In this document: positions 52,687 through 61,506 of the stretch, one piece after another
Layout: every line of letters begins with the position of its first letter
Numbering within the stretch: the first letter of the stretch is position 1
Assembly: GCA_018645365.1 (NCBI GenBank)
Contig: JABGOP010000002.1
Location: forward strand, 3,409 to 67,408
Length of the DNA: 64,000 bases
Reading direction: 5' to 3'
DNA from: Candidatus Cloacimonadota bacterium
GTDB lineage: Bacteria; Cloacimonadota; Cloacimonadia; Cloacimonadales; TCS61
Program-made: the position numbers and the translations under genes
The notes under the pieces: generated by a model
Told to the model about the DNA's origin: nothing
The model's input: only the letters and a program-made list of their open reading frames with translations
The model's database searches: none

Positions 52687-53532
52687 TTAGAATTTGTATC
52701 CTAATCCAAAATGGTGTGTTTCACCGATTGTGTGCGTATTAAATCCGTATTCGACGATAACATTATAAATATCAAATCTTGCACCCGCTGAATAACTTGC
52801 TGGATTGGAGCGAATTCCAAAATTTAACGCAAATATTTTTGTGATTTGCAATTCTGTACCAGCGTGAATTTCCGTTTTTCCAGCGAGAGGCTTTTCTAAT
52901 TCAAGTGCAGTGATAACGCCAGTATAAGGCTCGTAAGAAATCCCCATAACCATTTTTTGTGGAAGTTCGTGCAAATTATCAACACCAACTTTTGGATTGT
53001 TCAAATTTGTGATTGTAAAACCGATTTTGGTACGCTGATGCAAAGTTGCCAACATTCCCAAATTAACCCCAAAAGATGGCTGATTTCCCAAACCATCGAA
53101 TGTGAGGTGATACATATTGAAAGTGTGACCGAAATTGAGTTCAGAGTGGATATCTTTCATTAAAGTGATAGAATGTGATAATGCGTAAATTTTTTCTGAC
53201 ATCAAATTAACATCTTGAAAATCGACATCCATCGATTGTAAACCGAGACCGATATTGCCAAATTTTTTGGGAAGTTTCATCGAAAAAACGACTGTATTTA
53301 AAGCTTGAAAGTCATTGTTCATAACTTTGGCGTAACTCGATTCAAAATGGTTGTCTGCGTGGATTAATCCAGCTGGATTGTAGAAAATTGCGTAAGCATC
53401 GTTACTGAAAGAGTAAAAAGCTCCACCCATTGCACGGGCTCGTGGTGATGGTTCGTAATCGTCGAAAACGGCAAAAATATTTGCGACAATTAAGATTAAA
53501 ATGATTGAGAAGATGATTTTATTTGATTTCAT
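52687..53532 (-). CDS. PorV/PorQ-family-like outer-membrane beta-barrel protein (short, 281 aa)
   Basis: Signal peptide. N-terminal SPRARAMGGAFYSFSNDAYAIFYNPAGL matches the PorV/PorQ-type motif. Alternating beta pattern, C-terminal ...GLGYKF. Confidence 0.6.
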   Translation of the reverse strand: MKSNKIIFSIILILIVANIFAVFDDYEPSPRARAMGGAFYSFSNDAYAIFYNPAGLIHADNHFESSYAKVMNNDFQALNTVVFSMKLPKKFGNIGLGLQSMDVDFQDVNLMSEKIYALSHSITLMKDIHSELNFGHTFNMYHLTFDGLGNQPSFGVNLGMLATLHQRTKIGFTITNLNNPKVGVDNLHELPQKMVMGISYEPYTGVITALELEKPLAGKTEIHAGTELQITKIFALNFGIRSNPASYSAGARFDIYNVIVEYGFNTHTIGETHHFGLGYKF

Positions 53533-53542
53533 TTTTATTCTC

Positions 53543-55396
53543 CTATTTCAATTGCGTGCCGATAACAATCGGAGCTTTCGCTGTTTTTTTAGCGCCAGTA
53601 TTTACATCAATTACTTCCAAATAGCAGATGTATAAACCGATTGGAAGCAGTTCATAATTTTTGTCGCGGCCATTCCAATCAAGATGAACAATGCCATTTG
53701 AATTTGAAATTATTTCATTTTTAAGGGTTGTTTTTAGTTTTCCTTCCGCATTGTAAATTCGCAAAATTGCTTTATCACCATTTTCAGAACCAAAATCTAT
53801 CGGGAAAGTTTCGCCCAAGAATGGATTGAAAACTTTTGCTGGCATATTTAAAGCAGCGGCGTGAGAAGTAATGTTAAATGTGAAAGAAAATGCTGATTCA
53901 TTTGGGTAGCCCTCGGGAAATGTGTGTTCAATATTACTTGTATCAGTTGCTACAATGTAGAATTCAACAGTAGTTCCCTCATCTTGGGCAGGTACATTAG
54001 TGAAATAAAAAGTAGAATCTTTTTCCATCTCCAAAACACTGAAATTTTGGAAACTAATTGTTTTCCAATGTAGAATGACTGATTCATATTCGAGTGAATA
54101 GTTAAATGTGATTTCTGTTGGTTGGTTTGGAATAAGTTCACTTATTTCCCCGTAAGAATAGCTAATGCCATCATCGTAAGTAACATCTTCAGCATAACCA
54201 CAAGATAATTGTGGAGCACCTTCATAAAATGTGATTACACCTTTTCCGCAAACTAAATCGCCAATCATAAAATGAGAGATAGAATCGGGTGCAACAGCAG
54301 AATTCCAAAACATCAAATCAATAATACCGCCATTTGTATCAACTTCGATTTTGTAAAATCCATACTCACTATCCCACACATCCGTAATGGTGCCAACTGC
54401 TTTCGACCAAGTTCCGTTCCAAGTTTCATCTTCATTTCCTGCTAAATTGTGTGCAAAGGGTAAACTTTCATTTTGAGAAATTAAGGTAATTGTTGGATAA
54501 GTAATTTCTACGTCATCGTTGTATCTTTCAATAGTTCCGGTAACTTCGATTTTATCACCACGCACATAAATTGTAGAAAGTGGTTGCGAATTGTAAACTT
54601 GAATACCATGACCAGATTCATCTTGAATATAGAATTTTGTTTGACCGGGATACAATAAATTATCACCAATTGTAACAACGCCACAAACGGTTACTTCATC
54701 ACCATCATAATCATTAAAATTATTTTGAATATCAGCGATAAGGTCGTAACTATCTTCTGGTTCTTCGTAGCCAAAAATATCATTTTCATCACGCGGAATA
54801 AGAGCAAATTCACTCATGTGTTCATCAACTATACCAGTGATAGATTCAATCTCTGAATTAGCAATAATAGTAGCCGAGAAAATATTGTCATCAATTTGGC
54901 ATTCACCTGAACCATCGTTAACATACCACTCGCCGTCATCATTTGTTCCTTCGGTTACGGTAATATTTTGAATTTGTACTAAAACAGATTCGTATTTTTC
55001 TTCAGTAGCGAGTTCATTTGTGGAAATTATCGTAGCTTCTGGAAGTGGATTATCTGAACTAATTATATTTGCGATTGAAATAATGGTGATTTCGGTAATG
55101 CCTTGATATTCAACTACACGCCCGGTAATTTCTACTTCGTCACCCAAGTTTGGCTCGATGCCAGCTCCATAAATGTAAATTCCGTTCCATTCGCCACCTT
55201 CATCTTCTGAAATGAAGAAATTGTCGTTGCTAAAATTATAGCCAATCGCAGTAACGATACCAGTTACCGTTACAATTTCATTTTTGAAAGGTGAATCACC
55301 CGAAGCATCTTCGGTGTATTGAATTTCATAAATAGTTTCCGCATTTATTACAGAAAACATTAAAATTCCAACTATTAAGATAAATATTTTTTTCAT
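53543..55396 (-). CDS. Secreted multi-OB/beta-barrel-module protein with FlgD-Ig-like T9SS-type C-terminal sorting domain
   Basis: SPI-type signal MKKIFILIVGILMFSVINA. Repeated modules (IYEIQYTEDASGDSPFKNEIVTVTGIVTA..., IADIQNNFNDYDGDEVTVCGVVTI...). The last ~75 aa (AILRIYNAEGKLKTTL...LDWNGRDKNYELLPIGLYICYLEV...) look like an FlgD_ig/T9SS CTD. Confidence 0.7.
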   Translation of the reverse strand: MKKIFILIVGILMFSVINAETIYEIQYTEDASGDSPFKNEIVTVTGIVTAIGYNFSNDNFFISEDEGGEWNGIYIYGAGIEPNLGDEVEITGRVVEYQGITEITIISIANIISSDNPLPEATIISTNELATEEKYESVLVQIQNITVTEGTNDDGEWYVNDGSGECQIDDNIFSATIIANSEIESITGIVDEHMSEFALIPRDENDIFGYEEPEDSYDLIADIQNNFNDYDGDEVTVCGVVTIGDNLLYPGQTKFYIQDESGHGIQVYNSQPLSTIYVRGDKIEVTGTIERYNDDVEITYPTITLISQNESLPFAHNLAGNEDETWNGTWSKAVGTITDVWDSEYGFYKIEVDTNGGIIDLMFWNSAVAPDSISHFMIGDLVCGKGVITFYEGAPQLSCGYAEDVTYDDGISYSYGEISELIPNQPTEITFNYSLEYESVILHWKTISFQNFSVLEMEKDSTFYFTNVPAQDEGTTVEFYIVATDTSNIEHTFPEGYPNESAFSFTFNITSHAAALNMPAKVFNPFLGETFPIDFGSENGDKAILRIYNAEGKLKTTLKNEIISNSNGIVHLDWNGRDKNYELLPIGLYICYLEVIDVNTGAKKTAKAPIVIGTQLK

Positions 55397-55881
55397 TTAT
55401 CCTCCAAAATATTTTTTTTTTGAAAAATTGAAGTAATCACGATGAGAGAAATCGCAATTACGATTGAACTATCTGCAATGTTGAAAACGGGCCATCTTTG
55501 CATAATAAAATCTGGAAAATCCCACCAAATAAAATCAGTAACACTTCCGAAAATAACGCGATCAATTAAATTTCCGATTGCTCCACCCAAAACAAGTGTG
55601 TAAATTATTTGTTCTGTTTTTGAAGTAGATTTTATTTTCAATCGCAAAATTAAAATGGCGGCAATGATGGAAACCATGATAAAAATAATACGATTTACAA
55701 TTGGGTTTCCAAATGATAAACTGAATGCAGCACCTTCGTTTTCTACATGTGTAAGCCAGAAAAACTTTGGTGTAATTTTGATGGTATCGTGGAGTACAAT
55801 AAATTTTCTAACAACTATTTTTGTGATTTGATCGAGCGCAATCACTAAAATAGATATCCACCAAAATGAGGGTTTTCTCAT
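55393..55881 (-). CDS. lspA: Lipoprotein signal peptidase (signal peptidase II)
   Basis: NEGAAFS, GGAIGNLIDR, VFNIADS motifs. 4-nt overlap with the downstream cargo gene. Confidence 0.92.
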   Translation of the reverse strand: MRKPSFWWISILVIALDQITKIVVRKFIVLHDTIKITPKFFWLTHVENEGAAFSLSFGNPIVNRIIFIMVSIIAAILILRLKIKSTSKTEQIIYTLVLGGAIGNLIDRVIFGSVTDFIWWDFPDFIMQRWPVFNIADSSIVIAISLIVITSIFQKKNILEDK

Positions 55882-56258
55882 TATCTTTTTTCCTCTATTT
55901 CTTTACAGGAAATACAAAGTTTTGCCCATGGTATAATTTTTAATCTTTTTGCGGGAATGTAATCTCCACAAATTTCACAAATGCCATAAGTTTTTTCATA
56001 AATTCTTTTCAGGGCGAGATTAATGTTTTTTAAGTTTTTCATCTCTTTTTCTAAAAGATAAACTCGCCGTTCCGCATTATCTGTATCTGTTCCCATGTCT
56101 GCTTGGTGCATCGAGTAGGATGATAGATCGCCGTTTCCATCTTTCGCACCGCGTTTTTGGATGTCGTTGATATCATTGATAATGCCTTGCGTTTCATCTT
56201 TTTCTTTGCGAAGAATTTCTTCGTATTTTTCGAGTTGCTTTGATGTTAAATCTTTCAT
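55881..56258 (-). CDS. DksA/TraR-family C4 zinc-finger protein
   Basis: 125 aa. C-terminal CEICGDYIPAKRLKIIPWAKLCISC. Confidence 0.85.
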   Translation of the reverse strand: MKDLTSKQLEKYEEILRKEKDETQGIINDINDIQKRGAKDGNGDLSSYSMHQADMGTDTDNAERRVYLLEKEMKNLKNINLALKRIYEKTYGICEICGDYIPAKRLKIIPWAKLCISCKEIEEKR

Positions 56259-56274
56259 TACTAAACCACCTTTA

Positions 56275-57087
56275 TTATATTTTTTTCATTAAATTTGTGA
56301 TTAAAATTTCCATATTATGGCGTGCTTTTATCGCGTTAGCACGAATCTCTTCTTGGGTGTGTGGATTGCTGTGGAAGATGTTACTCAAATTTGTTACGAC
56401 CGAAATCCCTAAAACTTCCATTTGGCTGTGAATGGCTACTATTGCTTCTGGAACGGTGGACATTCCCACTAAATCTGCACCTAAAATTTGCAACATTTTG
56501 CATTCGGCTAATGTTTCTAAACTTGGTCCAGTAAGTCCAGCGTAAACTCCAGTTTCTAATTTGAAATTATGTTTTTCGGCAATTTTTTGGGAAAATTCGA
56601 TCATTTTTTTTGAATAAGGCTCGTGCATACTCGGAAATCGTTCGCCTAACTTTTCATTATTTTTACCAATAAGCGGATTGTCTCCCGTCAAATTTAGATG
56701 GTCTTTTATCAAGACTAAATCGCCGGGTTGAAGGTGTTCTCGCAAACTGCCAGCTGCGTTTGTGATGATTAATTTTTTTACTCCAATTGCTTTCAAAACG
56801 CGAATTGGGAAAGTAATATCTTGCATTGAATAGCCTTCATAATAGTGCAGACGACCTTGCATAATTACCACTTTTTTATCACCAAGTTTTCCAAATACAA
56901 ATCTACCTTGATGTGATGGAGCGGTTGAAATTGGCATATTTGGAACATCTGCATAATCAAGAACAACAGATATTTGCATCATTTCTGCTACTGAATTTAG
57001 CCCAGTTCCCAAAATTAATGCAATTTCTGGTTGGAATGGTATTTTATTCAAAATAAAATCTGCGGTAATGTTAATTTTTTCTATCAT
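56275..57087 (-). CDS. Purine nucleoside phosphorylase (trimeric PNP/MTAP family)
   Basis: 270 aa. LILGTGLN, HQGRFVFG, QGRLHYYEG, ITNAAGSL, VGMSTVPE motifs. Confidence 0.9.
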   Translation of the reverse strand: MIEKINITADFILNKIPFQPEIALILGTGLNSVAEMMQISVVLDYADVPNMPISTAPSHQGRFVFGKLGDKKVVIMQGRLHYYEGYSMQDITFPIRVLKAIGVKKLIITNAAGSLREHLQPGDLVLIKDHLNLTGDNPLIGKNNEKLGERFPSMHEPYSKKMIEFSQKIAEKHNFKLETGVYAGLTGPSLETLAECKMLQILGADLVGMSTVPEAIVAIHSQMEVLGISVVTNLSNIFHSNPHTQEEIRANAIKARHNMEILITNLMKKI

Positions 57088-57353
57088 AAGTTACTCGTTA
57101 AAACTATATTTTGTAAAAAATTTAAAATCAAAAGTGCTAAAAGTGGCGAAAAATCGATGGATAAATTTGGCAAAATGCGAAGTTGCAAGTCGCGTAGTTT
57201 TCCCAAAACGGGTTCCGTTAATTTAATTAAAAAGAGGTAAAGCTGGAAAAACATATTTTGTTGATTTAAGCGAAACCACGAAAAAATAGCACGGAGAATT
57301 ATGAGGAAAATGTAGATGTCAATTGCTTTGATTAAAATAAATTTCAAATTCAT
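57084..57353 (-). CDS. yggT: YggT-family membrane protein
   Basis: ATG 57353 preferred (MNLKFILIKAIDIYIFLIILRAIFSWF...), 2 nt after the tdk stop. The track start at 57383 overlaps tdk. Confidence 0.75.
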   Translation of the reverse strand: MNLKFILIKAIDIYIFLIILRAIFSWFRLNQQNMFFQLYLFLIKLTEPVLGKLRDLQLRILPNLSIDFSPLLALLILNFLQNIVLTSNL

Positions 57354-57355
57354 AA

Positions 57356-57913
57356 TTATAAAACCTCGTGGCAATTTCGGCAACGTGCTTCGTAAATATC
57401 AGTCGTGCCAACTAAGACAGTTTCTTTATTTTTCGTCACTCTTTGGGTGCGACTAGCAGGATTTCCACAAATTACACAAATAGCGGAAAGTTTGCTTATG
57501 TATTCGGCAATTGCTAAAAGTTTTGGTATCGGTCCGAATGGTTTGCCAGTAAAATCTTGGTCTAATCCAGCTACGATAACGCGTTTACCACTATCTGCCA
57601 AATTATTGCAAAGTTTCACGATGTCATCATCAAAAAATTGCACTTCGTCTATTGCCACAACTTCGGTATCATACTTAACGAGGTTGTGGATGTCGTCTGA
57701 AGTTACCACAATTTCAGAAGGAGTTTTCATTTTATTGTGCGAGACTATTTGATCTTTTTCGTACCGGTTATCAATTTTCGGTTTGAAAACTTGAATTTTT
57801 TGTCTAGCATATTCAGCACGGTGTATTCTGCGAATTAATTCTTCCGTTTTGCCACTAAACATACTGCCACAAACAACTTCAATCCAACCAGTTCGATTAT
57901 TTATTATATTCAT
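57356..57913 (-). CDS. tdk: Thymidine kinase
   Basis: [15 protein letters not shown]-loop and C-terminal CxxCG...C..C zinc motif. ATG 57913 ([22 protein letters not shown]) matches typical Tdk N-termini. The track extends to TTG 57952. Confidence 0.88.
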   Translation of the reverse strand: MNIINNRTGWIEVVCGSMFSGKTEELIRRIHRAEYARQKIQVFKPKIDNRYEKDQIVSHNKMKTPSEIVVTSDDIHNLVKYDTEVVAIDEVQFFDDDIVKLCNNLADSGKRVIVAGLDQDFTGKPFGPIPKLLAIAEYISKLSAICVICGNPASRTQRVTKNKETVLVGTTDIYEARCRNCHEVL

Positions 57914-58062
57914 ATTCAATTTAACCTCGCCCGTCATTAATTTTTTGAGCAAGATTGTGTCAAATGTTTTGTGACAATGCAGATAATCGTTTTAAATGTT
58001 CAAAAAATAACTTGCCTAATTATTATGATTTTTTTTTCTGCGATAAATATTTGGAGGATAAC

Positions 58063-61000
58063 ATGCGAAAAGTAGCAGTTTTAATTTTGTTAATTTGTGC
58101 ACAATTATTAATTGGTTTTGAAATTTCTGGTAACCCTGAAAACTGGTTATTTGAGGATTTTATTGGTTTTGATGAAGTTGGTGATTGCACCTCACGAACC
58201 GGCGATATTTCGTCCGTTTTTATTCATCCAGAAACCGAAAAACTTTTTTTGAGAATTACTTTTGACGATATGTATTCTCACAAAAGTAAAATTGACAATT
58301 TTGCAAATGAGAATATGCAGATAATGTTGATTATTTCCGAAAACGGCAAAGAATTATTTAAAGAAAAGTTTGATACTAATAAACTTTCGGGGCAGAAACA
58401 AGCATTCGCTTTTTTGCGAACCCCATCATATAATCTTGTGGAGTTTTCGATAGATTGGTTACATTCAAAAGAAAATTTATCCTTTGAAATTCAAATTATG
58501 AATAATCTGGAAACAGTCGATAGCTTTACTTCTGATGTAAATCGAAATTTTCGAGGTGGAAATTGTGCTTTTGTGCATCACGGAAATCAAGGTTTGACTT
58601 ACACTGAAGTTTTTTATGGTCAAAATCCACAAGAAACGAGTGGTTTTGATGAAATTCTGGAAGTTCATCAAGCGACAGATATTCCTGGAAATTTTCATAT
58701 GTCTGGCACTTTGATGCCAGCTGCTGAATGGCATAATCCAGAATTTAACGATTGGCTTGAAAATGGCGTAGATGATGGTTATGTCTCGATGTTAACCTCT
58801 GCGTTGGGGCAGCACATTATGCCATTTGTACAAAATGACATGAATGATTGGTCGGTGGCAGTTGAGTGCGATATGGTGGAATATCGTTATGGTTACACCC
58901 CAAAAGTAGCATGGATTCCAGAGCGGGTTTGGCTTTCACCTGAAAATTACCCGGATGCTGGCGTGGTTGATTGGTTGGGGAACAATTGGGAGCAACACGG
59001 CGTCGAGGCTGTTATTCTCGATGATTGGCCTCATTGTTCAGGGCATGATAATAAAAAAATACATTGGATGAATAATGGTGTTGGCGTGAATTTGCGTGTG
59101 ATTCCAATTGATAATGAATTTGTTGGAAAGATGCATTACGATGCAGATGGTGCCAAAAATCACATATCTTCGACTGGGCAATATGGCATTACAGTTTACG
59201 GTACAGATTGGGAAGTTGCCGCCGAAATGAACGAGCATCACGATGGTTTTTTTCTCGATAATTACGAAAGTGTGATGTGGTATTGTTATGATAATTATCC
59301 TGCAATTAATGTTTGGAAATTAGATGAAGCTTTGAATAATCCAGATTTTAATGGTTCAGGGATTGATGTTCAAAATGGAACTTATGGACTTTGCGGTGGT
59401 GAAAACGGTTATGGTGGTAGTAACAACAGTTGGTACACACAATGGGCTAGTGCTATTTCACATTCCGATTATCACACTCCACAATGGAATTATGGCACAG
59501 TTTGGAACGATACTTACAACAATTTAATGTCAGCACCCAACAATTCCCTTTCTCAGTTGGCGTGGTACACATTGATGATAAATCTACATGAAACAGGGTG
59601 GCACACGAGTGGAGATGTAGCAGATTGGGAACATCGCTACTCTTCACACATCAAAAATGCAAATGTATATGCCGCAGCATCTCGCTGGCAGAATGGCGAT
59701 TATACAGAAACAACTGGTTGCTATTTAGATGATATTGACCACGATGGAATTGATGAATTGGTCATCCATAATGATAATGCTTTCTTTGTTTTTGAAGAAA
59801 TTGGTGGAAAAGCAAATTGGATTTTTTACAAAGATGAATTTGATGGTGGCTATTCCGTTGTTGGTTCAGATGTCTCATATTATCCCGAAACAGACGGAGA
59901 TTACAATGAAAATTCTTCCTACAATCATTTTGCCGCACTTTCCGATGTTTCTCAAAATATGCAACACTCTATTTACGATATTTCAGTTGAACAATCCAGT
60001 GGTAATATTGTGCGCGCAACTTTTTCACAACAAGGAGTTAGTAAGACCATTCAACTGGAAAGAGATAAAAAATATTTGAATGTTACTTACGATTTTTTGG
60101 GTGAATCTGGTTATGTGAAATCTGGTTGGACACCAGATTTATTGGATATCATTTGGTCTGGAAAAAGCCATTTGCAAAGAATGTGGGGTGATGATGGTTC
60201 ATATTGCGGGCAGCGAAATTCTGCAAATGGAGCTACAATTGCACTTGTTTTAGGTGATGGTGGTGCGTCTCACAACGGAGAATTTGAAGGTACTCTCGTT
60301 AAAGGTGATGAGATTTTTGGCGAAAATATTTTTAACTTGCGTCTTTTTGCTGGCTACACTTCGCCACCTTATGATGCTAATTATAATAAAGTGATTGAGT
60401 TAGACGAATTAGCTTTGGAGGTTTTTGATGATATAGTTCCTCAACTGAATGAAAATGCACTCAAAGTTGGTGCAAATAAAATTCAGCTGATTTTTAATGA
60501 ATCGGTTCAAAATATTGAAAATATAGCTAATTATGAATTGCAAAATTTTGTTGAAAATTATTCAATTTTAGACATTATTATTTCTCACAATCGAAAAGTT
60601 ATCTTGATTTTAGACCAAGAATTAGCTCTTGCTGAAAACGGTAATATCGTAGTTTCAAATGTTACTGATTTACAAGGTAATCCGCTTGATCCGGCTTTCA
60701 ATAGTGCCGAATTAATAGAGATTATTCAACCACATTTAGTAGGTTCAATGAATAATTGGGCACCATCAAACCATGATTATGACTTGATTTTAAACAATAA
60801 TGGCGTTTGGGAAATTACTTTGGATTTGGAGATAGGAGAACATCAATATAAAATTATTGAAAGTGATAGTTGGAACGGAAATGATTGGCCAGCAAATAAT
60901 CAAATTATCGACCTTAATTTGCCTTCACTAATTGAAATTAAAGCAAATTGTGGAGTTTGGCCGATTTTGAAAAATGGAGATGAATTTGTAACACATTTCA

Positions 61001-61494
61001 ATCCAGTCGTGGTGGGAGATTTTATCTCAGAAGTTGGTGGAATTAACTGGAATCCAGAAGATTTAACGGGTGAGATGCTCGATGAAGATGGTGATGGAAT
61101 TTACGAATGGCAAGTTCTTGTTCCGACTGGAACTTGGGGATTTAAAGTTGTTTTAAATCGTGATTGGGAGCAAGATACAGAAGGAAATGCGGGAAATTAT
61201 TCATTTTCTTCAGATGGAATTTCGACCACAATTTTTAGTTATGATATGGAACAAAATTTGACATCAACCTCGGCTGAAAATTCTATTATATTTGGCGATG
61301 TAGATGGAAACGGTGAAGTTCAGGCGATGGATGCTTCATTAGCACTGCAAAAAGTGGTGGAATTAATTGCTTTTGAAAGTTGGCAAATAATTGTCGCAGA
61401 TGTAGATGGAAACGGTGAAATACAAGCTTTTGATGCTTCCTTGATTTTGCAATTTGTTGTCGGCATCATTGACCACTTTCCAATAGACGAATAA
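58063..61494 (+). CDS. Secreted GH57-like alpha-glucan-active enzyme with Ig-like domain, two glycogen/starch-binding-like beta-sandwich modules and a C-terminal dockerin-like module
   Basis: GGAGG 58053-58057 with a 5-nt spacer to ATG 58063 (track start 57955 over-extended). Signal MRKVAVLILLICAQLLIG. GH57-like blocks AFVHHGNQ, FHMSGTL, AWIPERVW. CBM-like HLVGSMNNWAP...GVWEITLDLEIGEHQYKI and VVVGDFISEVGGINWNP...GIYEWQVLVPTGTWGFKVV. Confidence 0.65.
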   Translation: MRKVAVLILLICAQLLIGFEISGNPENWLFEDFIGFDEVGDCTSRTGDISSVFIHPETEKLFLRITFDDMYSHKSKIDNFANENMQIMLIISENGKELFKEKFDTNKLSGQKQAFAFLRTPSYNLVEFSIDWLHSKENLSFEIQIMNNLETVDSFTSDVNRNFRGGNCAFVHHGNQGLTYTEVFYGQNPQETSGFDEILEVHQATDIPGNFHMSGTLMPAAEWHNPEFNDWLENGVDDGYVSMLTSALGQHIMPFVQNDMNDWSVAVECDMVEYRYGYTPKVAWIPERVWLSPENYPDAGVVDWLGNNWEQHGVEAVILDDWPHCSGHDNKKIHWMNNGVGVNLRVIPIDNEFVGKMHYDADGAKNHISSTGQYGITVYGTDWEVAAEMNEHHDGFFLDNYESVMWYCYDNYPAINVWKLDEALNNPDFNGSGIDVQNGTYGLCGGENGYGGSNNSWYTQWASAISHSDYHTPQWNYGTVWNDTYNNLMSAPNNSLSQLAWYTLMINLHETGWHTSGDVADWEHRYSSHIKNANVYAAASRWQNGDYTETTGCYLDDIDHDGIDELVIHNDNAFFVFEEIGGKANWIFYKDEFDGGYSVVGSDVSYYPETDGDYNENSSYNHFAALSDVSQNMQHSIYDISVEQSSGNIVRATFSQQGVSKTIQLERDKKYLNVTYDFLGESGYVKSGWTPDLLDIIWSGKSHLQRMWGDDGSYCGQRNSANGATIALVLGDGGASHNGEFEGTLVKGDEIFGENIFNLRLFAGYTSPPYDANYNKVIELDELALEVFDDIVPQLNENALKVGANKIQLIFNESVQNIENIANYELQNFVENYSILDIIISHNRKVILILDQELALAENGNIVVSNVTDLQGNPLDPAFNSAELIEIIQPHLVGSMNNWAPSNHDYDLILNNNGVWEITLDLEIGEHQYKIIESDSWNGNDWPANNQIIDLNLPSLIEIKANCGVWPILKNGDEFVTHFNPVVVGDFISEVGGINWNPEDLTGEMLDEDGDGIYEWQVLVPTGTWGFKVVLNRDWEQDTEGNAGNYSFSSDGISTTIFSYDMEQNLTSTSAENSIIFGDVDGNGEVQAMDASLALQKVVELIAFESWQIIVADVDGNGEIQAFDASLILQFVVGIIDHFPIDE
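61297..61452 (+). repeat. Duplicated dockerin-type Ca-binding segment (coding direct repeat)
   Basis: Identical 21-mer GATGTAGATGGAAACGGTGAA at 61297-61317 and 61399-61419 (102-nt period). Encodes DVDGNGEVQAMDASLALQ and DVDGNGEIQAFDASLILQ. Confidence 0.8.
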
Positions 61495-61506
61495 AAAGGA
61501 ATAAAA

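Noticed and set aside
57955-58062. Long N-terminal extensions in the ORF track: [13 protein letters not shown]... on the GH57-like gene, plus 3858-3938, 22372-22422, 23828-23881 and 57354-57383.
   Set aside because: In each case a downstream ATG has a well-spaced GGAGG-type RBS and yields a proper signal peptide or family-typical N-terminus. The extension overlaps the upstream gene or intergenic promoter space.
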